Positions 37,532-52,500 of a stretch of 60,179 bases of DNA are shown piece after piece (position 1 is the first letter of the stretch; each line of letters starts with the position of its first letter). The notes under the pieces were generated by a model. That model made no database searches. It saw nothing but the letters and a program-made list of their open reading frames with translations, and was not told where the DNA came from. The position numbers and the translations under genes were made by a program. This DNA comes from Girardia tigrina (Eukaryota): positions 1 through 60,179 of the forward strand of contig MQRK01251260.1 in assembly GCA_001938485.1 (NCBI GenBank). The letters run 5' to 3'.

Positions 37532-40500
37532 CATTTATTCAAAAAAATGAAAAATTTCGATGAACATTATTGTAGCTACATGGGTAAATCATTAATTTCA
37601 TACAATTCATGAAATTTACTCAATTCATAATAGTCAATAAAACATAACCCTAAGGTGGCTCAAACATTTATATTGCCGAAGGAAGAAACAATTTTATCTA
37701 GTAGCAATATCTATACATTTTTATAAGACTGGCAAACTTAAATTTCACTATATATTTATTCAATTCATGATAGCCTCATTTTTATTGATTAAACAACCAC
37801 TATAAAATACATAATATACAAAAAATAATTTCATATTTTTCCCTGTTAAAGCCAATTTGATGTAAATTAAATAATTCGGTGACGCATGGAAATAACTTAT
37901 AAGAGAACCAACTTTTTATCTTTAATGAAAGTCTTTCTTTAAAATGTAAATATAATTAAGGATTTAAAAGAGGGTTGTAAACGTCTAAATAACCATTTAT
38001 GGAAATTTATGTACCCATTTTCTAAATCACAATGAAGTCAAAATTAAGTTTTTCAGTTAATTCTAATCGGCTTGGAATTCTTCATCTAAAACCGTTCATC
38101 ACATCTTCCGTCTTTTTAATCCAACTCAACCATTTTCTAAATCTATATTTTCTCATCTAACAGATAAAAAAGAAATAACATTACAAAAGAAATATTTCAC
38201 ATAATTGTAGAGATGTCAAGAAATGATAAATACAATATCAAGGAAATATCAAGTACCGTCAAGATAAACAGAAAAACATGTAAACGAAAAATCCGTGAAG
38301 GAAGATTATTTAAGTTTGCAAATCAAAAATTTAAGGCGACATACAAACAAAGAAATAAATCATTTTCTGATATTTTTCATGTAATACTTCAAATATTTAG
38401 ATGCAATTTTGTGAAGATGTATGATATAATTTGAACTTTCACAAGCAACTATTGCAAGTGGGCATAATATGAATTTCACTACGAAAAGATTATTATTCGT
38501 CAAAAAACAAAATGCAACACAATAGAGAAAATTGAAGTTAGAGTCAATTGTAAAATGGAGCTGTTGATAATTACTGAATCTTATCTTTCTTCGTGAATAA
38601 ACTTCATACGTGAAGCTCTACCAAACCGTCCCAGCTGATCACAGAACAAATGAGAACCCCATTGCACATTACTGAATGCTGAATTGTTTAACTATTATTT
38701 TTGATCAACTTGTATGATATCTAACCGATAATCCGGGAAATAATTTTAAATATGTTGATGTATTGAAAATTATTCACGAAAATCTAATACATTAAAATTT
38801 ATAATCGCATGCAGAACAAAACTCAATCATATCAAAGTTATTCACGATGATTATGGTTTGAAGCCATAATTTATCGATTGATTAATGTTTGAATGCCATT
38901 TTAATCTCAGAAAATGATCATAATGTGGAATTTAAAAACTCTATGACCATGAGAAACTTGCTCAAACAAAAGAGAAGTAACACAATTCTAAATAAATTTT
39001 TATTCATACCCCTTCTCTTTGTTTTGATTTTTAAATTTAGAATCAAATATTTTAAAGAGTAAAGATTTGTATACGTACACGCATAGACTTGCGTTACCTT
39101 ATAATCAACTCACACGGATCACAAACGCGTCAGTCTTCATATTCTCCTGTAGTGCGAAAAGAAATTTATATCTTGGACTATCGCCGCATATTATTTTATC
39201 ATAACACAAGGCAAATTAGATATAAAACTCATCATCATTACAACAAATATCAAAGTATCCAATTCACATTATGAAGAACTACATCGACTTCATGTAACAA
39301 TTGCAGTAGGAAAAGTAAATCAAATGATTTTGCATCACGATAACACAAATATCACACTGTAGTAGTCACTAAACAATAAATAAGCTTGAGTATATATGCT
39401 ATGTAATGAAAGTATGAATAAATTAATAGATTTACAGTCCATTTCAAAAATAAAAATCCAAATTTCATAATTAACAAAATAATTAAAAAGAAAAGTAAAG
39501 TCCAAGAAGGAAATGTTGGACATCACTTCGTTGAGTAGGGCACCTCTCAACGTCGCCATTCCCAAAATTGAATCTTTTGAAAACGGTTACCCTAAATTCG
39601 AGTCACTTTACAAATGTGCTGGCAGAACTAATGTGGATCATGACAATCTTCTTGTTGAGATCCATTCCTTATTGGGCAATGATAATTCATTGACTCAAGT
39701 CGAGTGCAAAGAGCTTCTTCAAAACAACTCTACATCATTGACAACAATATGTAGAGCAGTAAAAGAGGCCAATCCTTCAAGAAAAAGATTAAAGAAAAGA
39801 GCAAATGTTGCTCTTACAGAAGAAAACACGGTTACCAAACAGGTATTTTGCTGGAGAGTCTTGGGGATCAGGTCCAGGCAAATTCTATTTTTAGATGAAC
39901 CTGGATTTAATCTGCATTCCCCTGCTGGACAGGATGCATTCATCTATCAATCAAGGTCACCTGGAAGAAGCATATCCCTATAATCAATGATTTCCATGAA
40001 TGGAAGAGCATTTCGTCCTTTTTGGTGGTGCATGTACCAGAGATTATTTTTTGGTTTTTTAGAAGAATGTTTTCGCAAAGGTGTCTCTCAGAACAATTCT
40101 GTGTTAGTTATAGATAAATTAAATTAGTGGAAATTAAAGTTTTTTTTATCAGTCACATGTGTCTAGGTGATGATGTTTCCTACTTACGCACCCGATCGCA
40201 ATCCAATTGAGAATACCTTCGGGTGTATTAAGTCGAGATTAGAATGAATTAGACCTTGTTAATGCAGTTTGTTAATACAATCAATAACAGACAGGAAGAA
40301 TAAATAACATTTAATTATTTTAGTTGTTATATTTTTTTATTATTTTCTTGCCTCTTAATTTAATGTAATATTCGTTGGATGTATGTTTGAAAGTTGATCA
40401 AAATAAATAAATTGTGTAATTAATTCATTTATTTATTTTAGAATTTTATTTCAAATTCTATTTTTATTTCAATTTTATTTCAAAGAATAAATAAGCAGTA

Positions 40501-43500
40501 ATTATAGTCGTTTTTATATTTTTTATTATTTTCTGACCTCTTATCTTAGTGTAATATTCATAATAGTATTGTGTATGAAAGTTTGGGACCACTAATTATT
40601 ATTATATGCATTACAGATTTTGATTATATTTATATAATGCAATCAATAATAATTAGTGGTTCCCATACCGAACCAAATTTCAAAACCTGGATTTTGGTAA
40701 TAATTTTAATTAATACTAGTATGTCTGTATCGATACCATTATACAATTAATAAAAAAAATTATTCATAATAAAACATAAAAAAAATTTATGAAATTTGGT
40801 TTTTTTATTAATGAAATTTGGATATTTATTTAATGAAATCTAGCTTTTTATTTATAAAATGGACTGTATTACATAAAAATGGGCATTCTAAATCGATAGT
40901 AAAAAGATTAATTAGAGAAATCTTGGATAAAATAATTATATCGAAGAAAGAAAAAATAAAATTACTGATATAAATGAAAATATTCAGACACAGATAACAA
41001 TAATATTATTCATTTGGAATTTGTTTTAAAGAAACTTTGAGGGTTTAAAAATTTCCAGAAACATTTCGATTAAACATTTGATAATTTTGAAAAGTCGATA
41101 ATTTATTAAATCTAAAAATTCTTTCTGTCATGTAAAAAATGAGGTGTGTTTAATAGTAGATACATCACTCTTATCGGTTTAAGTTCCAATTTAGTTTACC
41201 AGTTTAAATGTAATTGGTTGTGACACACATAAATCTGAGAGACATGTCATAATTTCAATAAAAGATTTCAGGAACATAATCGAAAAGAGAGTGAGAGTTA
41301 CATTGCTCAACATAGAAAGAAATGTTTAAATAGTATAGTAGATTTAAGTAATTTTAAGTAAACCAAATATCAACGAGCAAACACCATTGAAACTCTTCTA
41401 CTTTATTGAAAATATTCTGAGAATTTAGTGATTACGAAAAGATTATGCAAAGAATCCTTCAATATAAAAGGTGAGTTTATCAGTATTGATCTACATTCGC
41501 ATGGTGAGGACGGTTAATCCGTCGAAATTAATCACAATAAATTATAAATATAGCTTATCATCGTTAACAAAGCTTGTCATTAAAATTATCCTAAACATAA
41601 AAAAACTCGAAAATAAAGATCCATAATTTTTTAAACTAAGTTTATAACAAACAGAACTTGTTTTAAAGTAAAATAACCAAGGAAATTAGTAAATAATATA
41701 ATTACAGTATGCCTCAAAACAAACATACTTCTCAAAACACTTGAACTTCGCATATCGTAAAACTCTGTGCAAAATAAGCAATCCAAATGCTATAATTACG
41801 TAGCCGATAATGGTTGTTATAACTCCTTCCATTTTGGTCCAAGAAATGAGTTTAGTTAATTTGAAACCAGCAATTGTGAAATGACCGATGTGATAAGGGC
41901 AAAACGCTGTATATTAATTTTGTTTTAATATTATTCGAAAAAAATTATTTCTTCTTACCGAAGACAAGAATAAATAGTGTATTCAATGAAACAATCCAAA
42001 AAACATGTTCCAAAAAAAATAACGAACCATCCAAACCAATCAACTTTTCCCAAGTCAACTCTTCTCCACCTCTACCCCAATCTAAATTGAAATTTCCCAC
42101 TCCTTGATTGCCTGCATTATGTGCATGATTTTCGACTAGTTGACCATTTTCTTGATTTCCAGCCTCACCTATGTTTACATTATCTGCGTTTTGATTCATC
42201 TAATATGATTTATCATTAAGTGAGCAGCAATTATAATTTTATTAATCGTAATATAATTAATTTTTAGTCAAAATGACAAAAAAAAATAAGAAGTGTCCCT
42301 TGTTCGACAATATTTATCTCAAAACAAAGATCAACTATTATTTACATTGTAAATAGACCATTACATATTTTTTCCATTCTTTATATTACCTTGCTTTCTC
42401 TCTCTTTCTATATATATATATATATATATATATATNNNNNNNNNNNNNNNNNNNNNNNNNNNNNNNNNNNNNNNNNNNNNNNNNNNNNNNNNNNNNNNNN
42501 NNNNNNNNNNNNNNNNNNNNNNNNNNNNNNNNNNNNNNNNNNNNNNNNNNNNNNNNNNNNNNNNNNNNNNNNNNNNNNNNNNNNNNNNNNNNNNNNNNNN
42601 NNNNNNNNNNNNNNNNNNNNNNNNNNNNNNNNNNNNNNNNNNNNNNNNNNNNNNNNNNNNNNNNNNNNNNNNNNNNNNNNNNNNNNNNNNNNNNNNNNNN
42701 NNNNNNNNNNNNNNNNNNNNNNNNNNNNNNNNNNNNNNNNNNNNNNTATATATATATATATATATATATCAATTTATTCAAATGGCACCGGGTTAATTAA
42801 ATAAAAAAGCCATTTTCTAAACATTAAGCATTGATACTGGCCATATCAAAAGCGTCCCTTTTGTCATAGGCAGTGCAGTTTAAAATTATTTCAAATTCTA
42901 AAATAAAAATAATAGTAATCTTAACAAACTGCAACTAAAGAGAAATAATTATAATGAACAGCGCTAGTTAATTATTTTTTGAAAGAAAATGGAAATAGAA
43001 ATGTCAAAAAAGATTTATAATAAAAACAATATTTTTAACCGCCAAAGAACTTTCTATAAAAAATTCATTGCTAAGAAACGTAAAATTAATTTTTGTTTTG
43101 GCTTTTAAATATAAAAATTATAAGTTTGCTATTCAGAGTGAATAATTTGTTTACATTTGTAGAATGTGATCAAATGAACACATCTCGTGAGAATAACACA
43201 TAGTGAGAATACGAATAACCAATATTCTTTATTCTCTCTTTCAATGTATCTTTTGAACATAACAGAACCCATCATTTAACTTTGGACAATATTAAGCATA
43301 TTACATTATAATGTGATGGAAGTAATTAATCTTTTTGCATTTAGACATTAAATTCTACTGTTTTATCTTTTATTGTGGCTATTTCCTATCTATTCAATTA
43401 TTTAAGAAAAAAACCAAGTGAGCAACAATAAGAAAAGATCGAGAAACACTAATATTCATAAATAGAATGATAAAACGGCAGGTTACTCACAATCCTTAAA

Positions 43501-46500
43501 TCTGAATAGTCAGTTACCTTAAACATTAAAATCTTCATGCTATAAATTAAATTAAAATAAAACTTACAATAAAACTTATTAAAATCAAAACTTTTTATTT
43601 GTTCTTATTTTACTTTTCTCGCTTATCCAATCACAAAAGTATATTTAATCTCTTTTAAGTACCTTTTCTATCGATCCATAACATTGATTAATCATACAAT
43701 ATATTAATTTTTGTATCATAATCATTTGACACTTTCACTACATTTTTTTAAATTACTGAAGTACTGCAAACCTTACAAGTTAAACTAAGAACTTTACATT
43801 CAAACGATCTTGGAATGTGTATCGTTAGAATTTAGAGGTTTGATTCATTTTATCTCGCCAATAATGATAAAAGGCTATAAAAAATATTTATAGGACAGCC
43901 CGGAAAGTTCTTTCGGTTTTAATCAAAAAAAATTAACCATTTTTTAAAAACATTTCAATTAATAATATATTTACAACATTTTCAATTATTCTTTGCCATT
44001 TTTGGAATAGCTTCATAAATCTCTTTGGGAAAACATCTTTTCAATAAAAAATTCTTCAAAGTATCTTTTTCAAAAAAAGTAAAAGTTTTTTCAACTTAAC
44101 AGATTCATGGAACAAAACTTGATGGTGCCATGTCCGGGCTGAATTGTGGGTGTTGTTGCACATCATAGTTAAAAGTTCAACAAGTTTTGCTAAGTGGACA
44201 AAGAGGTTCAAAATCTTATGTTATCACAACAACTTTCTTTAATACAACTTTCTCTGAGTTGACCAATTTTGAACGATAGCATCAATGTTCAAATTGAGTT
44301 GCAGAAGCTCAAAATACACAATATACGAAACATTATTAAGCTGGTCAGTTTAAATCATGTTTTTTTCTGAGAACCATCACCTTTAGCTGGTCTACCAAAG
44401 CACAATCTGTTTTAGAGAGAAATATTTCTTACAAACAATATAAAACGCAGTCGATCATTTTGAAATAAAAAAACACACAAAACACAACTATGTGTAAAGA
44501 ATAAAAAAATAGTGACTGGAAATTATTGAGATTGATTAAATATAAAACCAAAGAACTGTACATCAGACAAAATCAGCCATCAATAACATAATCTCAATTA
44601 TTCATTCAGATAATGTAATTTATGAATAATGTGTGTTTCGATGTACACTTCTTTTGTATTATATTTAATCAAACTAAGGATGTGCAGGAAACCTTAATTT
44701 TCAGACTATGTTTATACAAAATATTAATTGATTTTGTTTTAATTTATTACTTTACGTCAATTCAAAAAGGAAAATCAAAATGAACATATTCTTCATGTTT
44801 TGTTGCATTATTTTCGCAAAGGGAAAACCGCTGTGCAAGCTCATAAGAAGATATGTTTTGTATGTGGTAGTGACTCCTTAAAACTTCGACAGTGTCAATA
44901 CTGGTTTTTTCAATTTCGTTCTGAAAAATTTCATCTGAAAGATGCACCACACTCCGGTCGACCAGTTGAAGTTGATGGCGACAAAATAACAGCACTGATC
45001 AAATCTAATCCACATATGACGATAAGAGAAGTTACAGAGACTCTGGAAATATCAAAATCAAGTGTTGGAAGTCATTTAAAGAAACTTTGATTCGTTAGTA
45101 AACTCGATATGTGGTTACCACATGAACTGAAAGAAATTCATTTGGTGAAACGTATAGACAATTGCGATTCCTTTTGAAGCGAGAACAAAGTGATCCGTTT
45201 TTGAAGCACTTGATTACGGGTGACGAAAAATGGATTGTTTACAACAATGTGCAACGCCGACGATCATGGACAAAACGTGGTGAGCCTGNNNNNNNNNNNN
45301 NNNNNNNNNNNNNNNNNNNNNNNNNNNNNNNNNNNNNNCAAATCAATCAGAGTTCGAAGTAAATAAACAAAAGTAATTATACACACAAATGTTTATAATT
45401 AATTAATTCATTAATTTGAATCTTCCAGTTATTTATTATTTGCAATTCATTTTTCTAATAGGTACAATTTCCAGCTATTCTTAAAAATTTTCTTTAATTT
45501 AGCATAAGTAGGTACTTACTTAAACTCGTCACAAATCCGGCACATCCCTAAATCAATCTCAATAATTTCCGGTCATTAAATTTTAAAATGATCGACTGTT
45601 TTATTTTGTTTGCTGGAATTGTTTGATCCAACAGATTTTGTAGTTCGCGAGTGAAAGTTGTTTTCGATATGGCTTGTAGTACCTACTGTGCAGAATTTTC
45701 CCTTTTCTTCATCGTCGAAAGATTCTTTTCACCCATGTTCAAATCTAGTGAAAATAGTGCTTGGAAGATTGTTCTCACTTCTCGTCCCTCGAAGAGATCC
45801 TTGGCTTTGAGTGCCGAAATAAGTCTAACATAGTCAAATTGGATAAGATTTTCTTTCAATCTTGTTTAGGAAGTAATCAGCGTCCACTGTCTATCTTGCT
45901 GATGTCATTAACAAGCAGAATTTCTTTTAACAAAAACATGGTTATTCTTCATACAAAACTTAAACCTTGTTCTTCACCTTTATCAAAACATAAAAGAATT
46001 AAACCAAGTTTCAGTCTATATTGTATAGATCTTCTCTTTCTTGTCGACGGTACATTTTTTTCTTAACTTTCCGATATTTCCAGGCACATTTGTTGAGCAA
46101 TAAGTTAATATGGAACACCATCATAAATATAAATCCAGTGTAAAGAGGCGATGATTCAGCTCAAACAACGTGGACATTGCCTCAAATGTTGTAGAAGTAG
46201 GAGGGTTTCTAACTCTTCCTATACCAATTTCTTCATTGGTAGCAGCATAAAAGTTTTTTTGTGGTTTCATGAACTTTACTTTATTTTTCTCCAAGGATAA
46301 TTGTTGTTTTCGCCATGGAAATTTTCATTAAAGCTTTGTATATCACGTTATTAGAAGTTATTGTTACATATGTCACTGTGGTAGAAATTGATCGTTTTAG
46401 AGAACAACAATAAATCTGAAAACTGTCTGAATTATTTCTTGTTCCACGAAGTATAATAAAACTATTCATTCATTGAAAAATAACTGATACACTATGTTAG

Positions 46501-49500
46501 TAAAAACAGAAAGAACTTTCCGAACCTTCCAATACATATTATTTAACAATGAATAAAAAATAAACTGGTAAGATATTGAGAAATTCGAGCGGTATTTGAA
46601 AATCTATTCAATGAGGTTGGTCGAAATATCAATTAGTAGTTATTTTATGTCTAATAGTAATAAGGTAACCGATCGATTCTAATTGCGATCAATACCAAGA
46701 TCTATTAAATTGGCATAGCCTATCAGACGTAAGGTTTGATAATTCATTCATATCGGTATAGGACTATTGCGATTTCAGTGTCAATTCACATATTATTTTA
46801 GAAAATTGAAGAATGAATTTTCAAAGTGCAGCATGTATGTGAGAAAAGAGGAACGAATACATGGTTTAGATAATAGTTAGTCTACCGAAAATATATGAAA
46901 TATAATTGATTTAATAAATTAACCGAATCGAATATTTCTAACTTGTTCAGGGTTAAGCCAGTTTCCATCGTCGAGGTTATCGTCATTCTCTAGCCCACCA
47001 CCCAAAGCATTAAGTACATTTGGCAACAGATTTCTAGCACCGTCCAACAGATTAACGTTCGCTAAAAAAGGAAAATTACAACTGATACTACTAATTGTAT
47101 CCACTGATCATATTATTCACCACAATTATTATTATTTTAAACACATAGTAAAATATTTTGCCTGAATCACTACTGAAATCAATAAACATTTATCTAATAC
47201 ATGCAGTTCTCACATTTTAAACTTAATTCTGATCAGAAATTGGTTTGTAACTCAAGTTTTCTGTCCCTCGATCTCAGAATACTCATACTTCAAATTAATG
47301 CATGTCAAACTCAGTAAAATAAACATCCCTGATTTTTGGAAACAAAATATACATAATTTAAGCAATAAAGAACATTGAAAAACCAAAATTTTTACAAATA
47401 TATTATATTATTGTTTTGGAATTTATAGAAAGAAATAATGACATAGGAAAATAACATTTTATTTAACACATTGAATGCTGAGTACGAGATATCTCGTACT
47501 TTGGCTTACATTACTAAGATGCTAAGTACGAGATATCTCGTACTCAGCATTCAATGTGTTAAATACTAAAAAGGCAACAATGTTCGATCATATTTTTCAA
47601 GAGTCTCTATGATAATAAAAGAAAAACCCATTAGTTCCTTTTGTTAGAAAATGACTGCATGGACATGCTAAACAAAATTCGTAGCGCGCGTAGCAGACGT
47701 TCGGTGCATGATGTCAATGTGTGACTTTTGTCTGAAACAATTATTTTTCAAGAATATTAAAAGTAAATACAAAACTTTCTTGAGGAATATAAATTATCAT
47801 ATTTAATTCAGCATTATTAATCATAATTAGGAAAGAATAACTATTGGAGCTCTTTTAATACAGACTTATTCAATGTCATAATCTCAATTATTTATTTTGA
47901 TAATCGCATAAATTTATCCTTATGGCAAGAAAGCAGCGCAAAATATTACATAGGACATATAATTTGTCAGAAATTCAAATATCAAAGTCTGCTAAGTATA
48001 AGATCAACGATTGGTTGTTTCCAGCTATCTTCGGGTGATCTTTTCCTAGAATGATCCGTTTCTGGACCAAATTGTAACGTGTGATGAAAAGTGGATTCTA
48101 CGACAAACGGAGACGTTCTTCTCAATGGTTGTACCACGATCAAGCTCTGCAACCCTTTCCTAGGCCGAAATCGTACCAAAAAAGATGATGGTGACTATTT
48201 GGTGGTCTGCAGCCGGTGTTATTCATCATGGATTCCTAAATCCAGAAGAAACAATTACGGCAGAGAGATACTGTCAGGAAATTGTCAAAATGAACCAGAA
48301 ACTCCAACAACAAATACTAACAATAAAAAGGGGCCTATTCTTCTCCACGACAACGCTCGGCAACACATCGCACGTCTGACAATGCAACTGTTGAACGAAC
48401 TTGGCTACGAAACTTTGAGTCATCCACCATACTCACCTGATCTCTCGCCTACTGATTATCACTTTTTCAAACATCTTGACATTTTCCTCCAGGAGAAATA
48501 CTTCAAAAATCAAGGGGATGTTAAAACTAGCTTCAACGATTTCATTGCCTCCAAAAAGCTAGAATGATATGCAACCGGAACAAAATAAACTTGTGCAACG
48601 TTGGAAAAAGTGTATTGATGCAAACGGTTTTTATTTCGATTAATAAAATTGATTCTACGCTCAGATATTTGTCTTTAAAAATTAAGGTTAAAAAACGACA
48701 TTATATTTTAAACAACCTAATAGAACGCACAAAGTGATTCGTCTTAACATTTAAAAGTATTTTGGCCTAAAGACAGTTTTTCTGCATATTAGATATTGTT
48801 TGCATTTAGGAAATTTTCTTTATAGATTATATACATACCAGAAAACAATTTATATGATAATGGGATAATTGTTTAATAATTCTAATAAGTTTCCAAATAA
48901 CATGTGAAGTAAAGAGTTTCTCTTCGATCTGTTCCTCCTACATAAATAACAGTTGCTTATGAAAAAAACAATAAATATAATTCAACAACAAATATTTAAT
49001 TCAGACAGAAAGTAAAACAATATCATTAAAATCTAAGCACATTTAAGTTTTATTGTTTGTGTAACACAATTGATGATAGTTATCATCGTTATCTGTATTT
49101 AGTTTTCATAGACTCAACTGTTTCCAAACGTTACTTAACCGAGAAGCTTAAAAATAAAAATTTGGCGAGAAACTTCTCGTAATTTTAAGTAAAAAAATAT
49201 AATTTAAACTAAACTGAATGATAATACTGAACTTTTTGAGTTTCTAGACAGAAAAGTAGGTCTATTTCTAATATGACTAAAGTATTTTTGTTTTATAATC
49301 TCTTAAATAGAAAATTTACTAAACGTATCCTTGAAAAGAATATATTTTAAACTTGCCTATATAATACGTTAACAATTAACATTACCGTAAATTTTAATAC
49401 ATAACACATGTACCTTCATTGGTTTATTACTGTACTATCAACCTCTATTTATTGTTAGTACTAGCGCGCTCGGCCCGCTTCGTGGCCCTCTCTTGCCGGG

Positions 49501-52500
49501 GGTTCAATGTTATTAGATCACGCGACTTTTTTCTGAAAGCATTTTTATTGAAAATTTCAGTGTTTCGAGTATAAAAAATCGTTTAACAAAAGTTTTTATT
49601 TCTGTTTAATGCAAAGTTTGAAAATCATATCTCGAGACAAAATGATATTTAAGAAATTACGGTTACAAAAATCGCATTCATTCTAATATCAGTCTAATAT
49701 TTNNNNNNNNNNNNNNNNNNNNNNNNNNNNNNNNNNNNNNNNNNNNNNNNNNTAATATACAATCATTTCTTTATTGATTATAAAATCATTTCAAAAATTT
49801 ACCTTACAGCGTTAGTGAGGCAGTGAGGCAGGCAGTGAGTGACTTGGGCTTTTATAAGATAAGATAATTAATAATCACTTATATAATTTAAAAATATTAG
49901 TTAACCGTAGTACAGTAAGGAATGGTTGACATTACATAAATGAAGGAGATAAGGAAATGAAACGAGGTGACACAGTTAAAGATATTAAAAATTCCGACAG
50001 TTTTAATTTAAAAACAAACTTGTTCAAAAATATTTAGTATAAATAACTAACTTTGTTTATTGTGTAACATTTACAATTATTGTACTTAATTAATTTTTAC
50101 AACTAATTTTGCTGTCATAAATTATTTTGTTTATAGATTGTTTATGGTATATATATAAATTATTTATCATATAATTATTTTATTTGTAATCTTAACACAA
50201 AAAATACTTCATAAAGTTAGAAAATGTATTTTTGTCGTATTTTTTAGTATAAATTGTATAATTATATAAATACAGAAAGAAATTTGGTGATGTTAAATCA
50301 TGTAATTGAAATTTGATTAACGCGAGATGATCTTCCATTCAAAGAGTTTTTTAAATCCATAATCAGTCGAGTTATATGTGCTGTGGTTTCGTTCTGTTTC
50401 CAATATATAATGAGTATCTAATGAACTACAGGAAGCACAAACTGATTCAGTATATGTCGATATCTTTCACATGTTACGGGTAAAGAGTTTTCTATCGTAT
50501 TATCAAAGAAGTAAGGATCAATAAATCTTCCCTTACTTTTGCCACCCCATACCAAGTAGAGTTCTTGGTCGCGGATTATTCAACGGTGTTCAGTTCCCAG
50601 GAAATGAGTAGTTTGTTTAATGAAAAACCCATTTAACTGAAATGGGGTCTCGTCATCTATTATCCAGTTATGAATAAAATGAAATTTTTGTCTTATCAAA
50701 TCTTGAAACTGCTCTGAGTATAATCATCGTGCTTGGCTATCAATTGGCTTAAATTCCTGTACGATCTTAACTTTTGGGACGTGCAGTATTTTATGAATCC
50801 TCTGCAGGAAAGCTCGTGATATGCAGAGCTCCTTACATCGTATTTTGCTTAATGTTAAAGGTCCCTCAATGTATTCCATTACACGAGCTTTCAAGTGCGT
50901 GGAAAGCCACTTAGATTCTAGATTATGGAATCATCCGAATAAATTGATTATGACGTACTTAAACGGAAGTTGTCTTACTCTAAAATTGCGAGAGTATTTT
51001 TTTTCATTTTCAAGAAAAAGTTCAATGAATTCCATGCTTTCCTCTTTTGTGAACTTCTCAATAACTGGTATATTAAAAATTATCTCCAAGAAATAAATGT
51101 TATTAATTTAAATCAAAGTAATATAAATAATACAATTATGAACATATACCAAATTTAAAAATAAACTAGTGACTTTTTACAACCATGTATATATTCGAAT
51201 AAAATTGTTTCAACCATTGGAATTTACTGTTGCATTAATATTCATAATCGATCAGTGCAAATAGAGAACACAAAAATCGAATCAGACAGACACATTATGC
51301 AGGTAATATATGCTCATATGGTAATATATGGTTACAATCAAACAAATCTTATCGCAAATTCGAAACTAAATTCTATGTCTAAATAGCGTCGCGTTTCAAT
51401 GCCGTGTTTATAGACTCATATTCGTTGTATCAATAGAAGAGTACTATTTTAAAGGCGAAATGATATCAATCGCGGAGGTAAATAATGAAAAACGTCTGAT
51501 AAAATGGAATTAAGACATTTCCGAACAGCGACTATCGGAGGAAAAATAGATATAGATATATTTAGAAACAGTGAAATTAATATTAAATATATATTTCTTC
51601 TGAAAAATTGAATTATATAAATATTTTTTTCTGTTAAAAGAAATCACTAAATTATTTGTACTATAGACAAAGCATTTAACAAAGCATTTGTTAAATTTGT
51701 TGAAAAAAATTTAATGATTGCACTATTTATATTTCAGGTCAGATCAGACAAGATTGCCTGCTACAGGTACCAGGTAAACCTGTAATACCTCCACCAAAGT
51801 CGGATGGTTGGTGTGAAGAGGGTGTGTGGACACCAAAGAACCAAACCTAGCAAAGGGAGCCAACGGCCATCCGTACATGGAGAGGAGATAGGAGCCACAA
51901 GGTTACTGGTATACTGATACACTGAAAAATATGCAAAACCAAGTCACAAATCCATTTATACCGGATCGGTTGGGGCCCGGGTCAATAACGGCGACAAATA
52001 AAGAGATGCGGCGAAGGCTTTTGCATAATTGGCTGCACCCACGTCAAAATTGCTACGGTCCAAAAAAAAATATTTAATGTTTATCATAATTTCATGTTAA
52101 GGTAATGTAATTTGGTAAGGTTAAGATAATTTGGCAGATAATAGTACTTTTATGATTTTATAAGGCACCCTCATCCTCCTTGATCTTTTGAATGTGTATT
52201 CTATCCAGAAAATGCTATTAATGACTAATGTAAAGTTTGATGTAATTTATAACTTCATTTAATTTAATATTTCGAAAGAAGACTTATGGGGGAACAAAAA
52301 TCTTTTATTTGCTCCATAGAGTCCAATGTTGAACCAGATTGAATCAACTTTCTTCGCTTTAGAGGTATCAAAAAATGCCAACTGGTAATTAATAACCTAA
52401 GATATGAAATTGGATCACGTAGGACTGAGTATTGATAGTATAAATTTGAAAACATGGTGCATGATTAAGGTAATGAAATTTCCTTAAATGTTTGTGTGAG

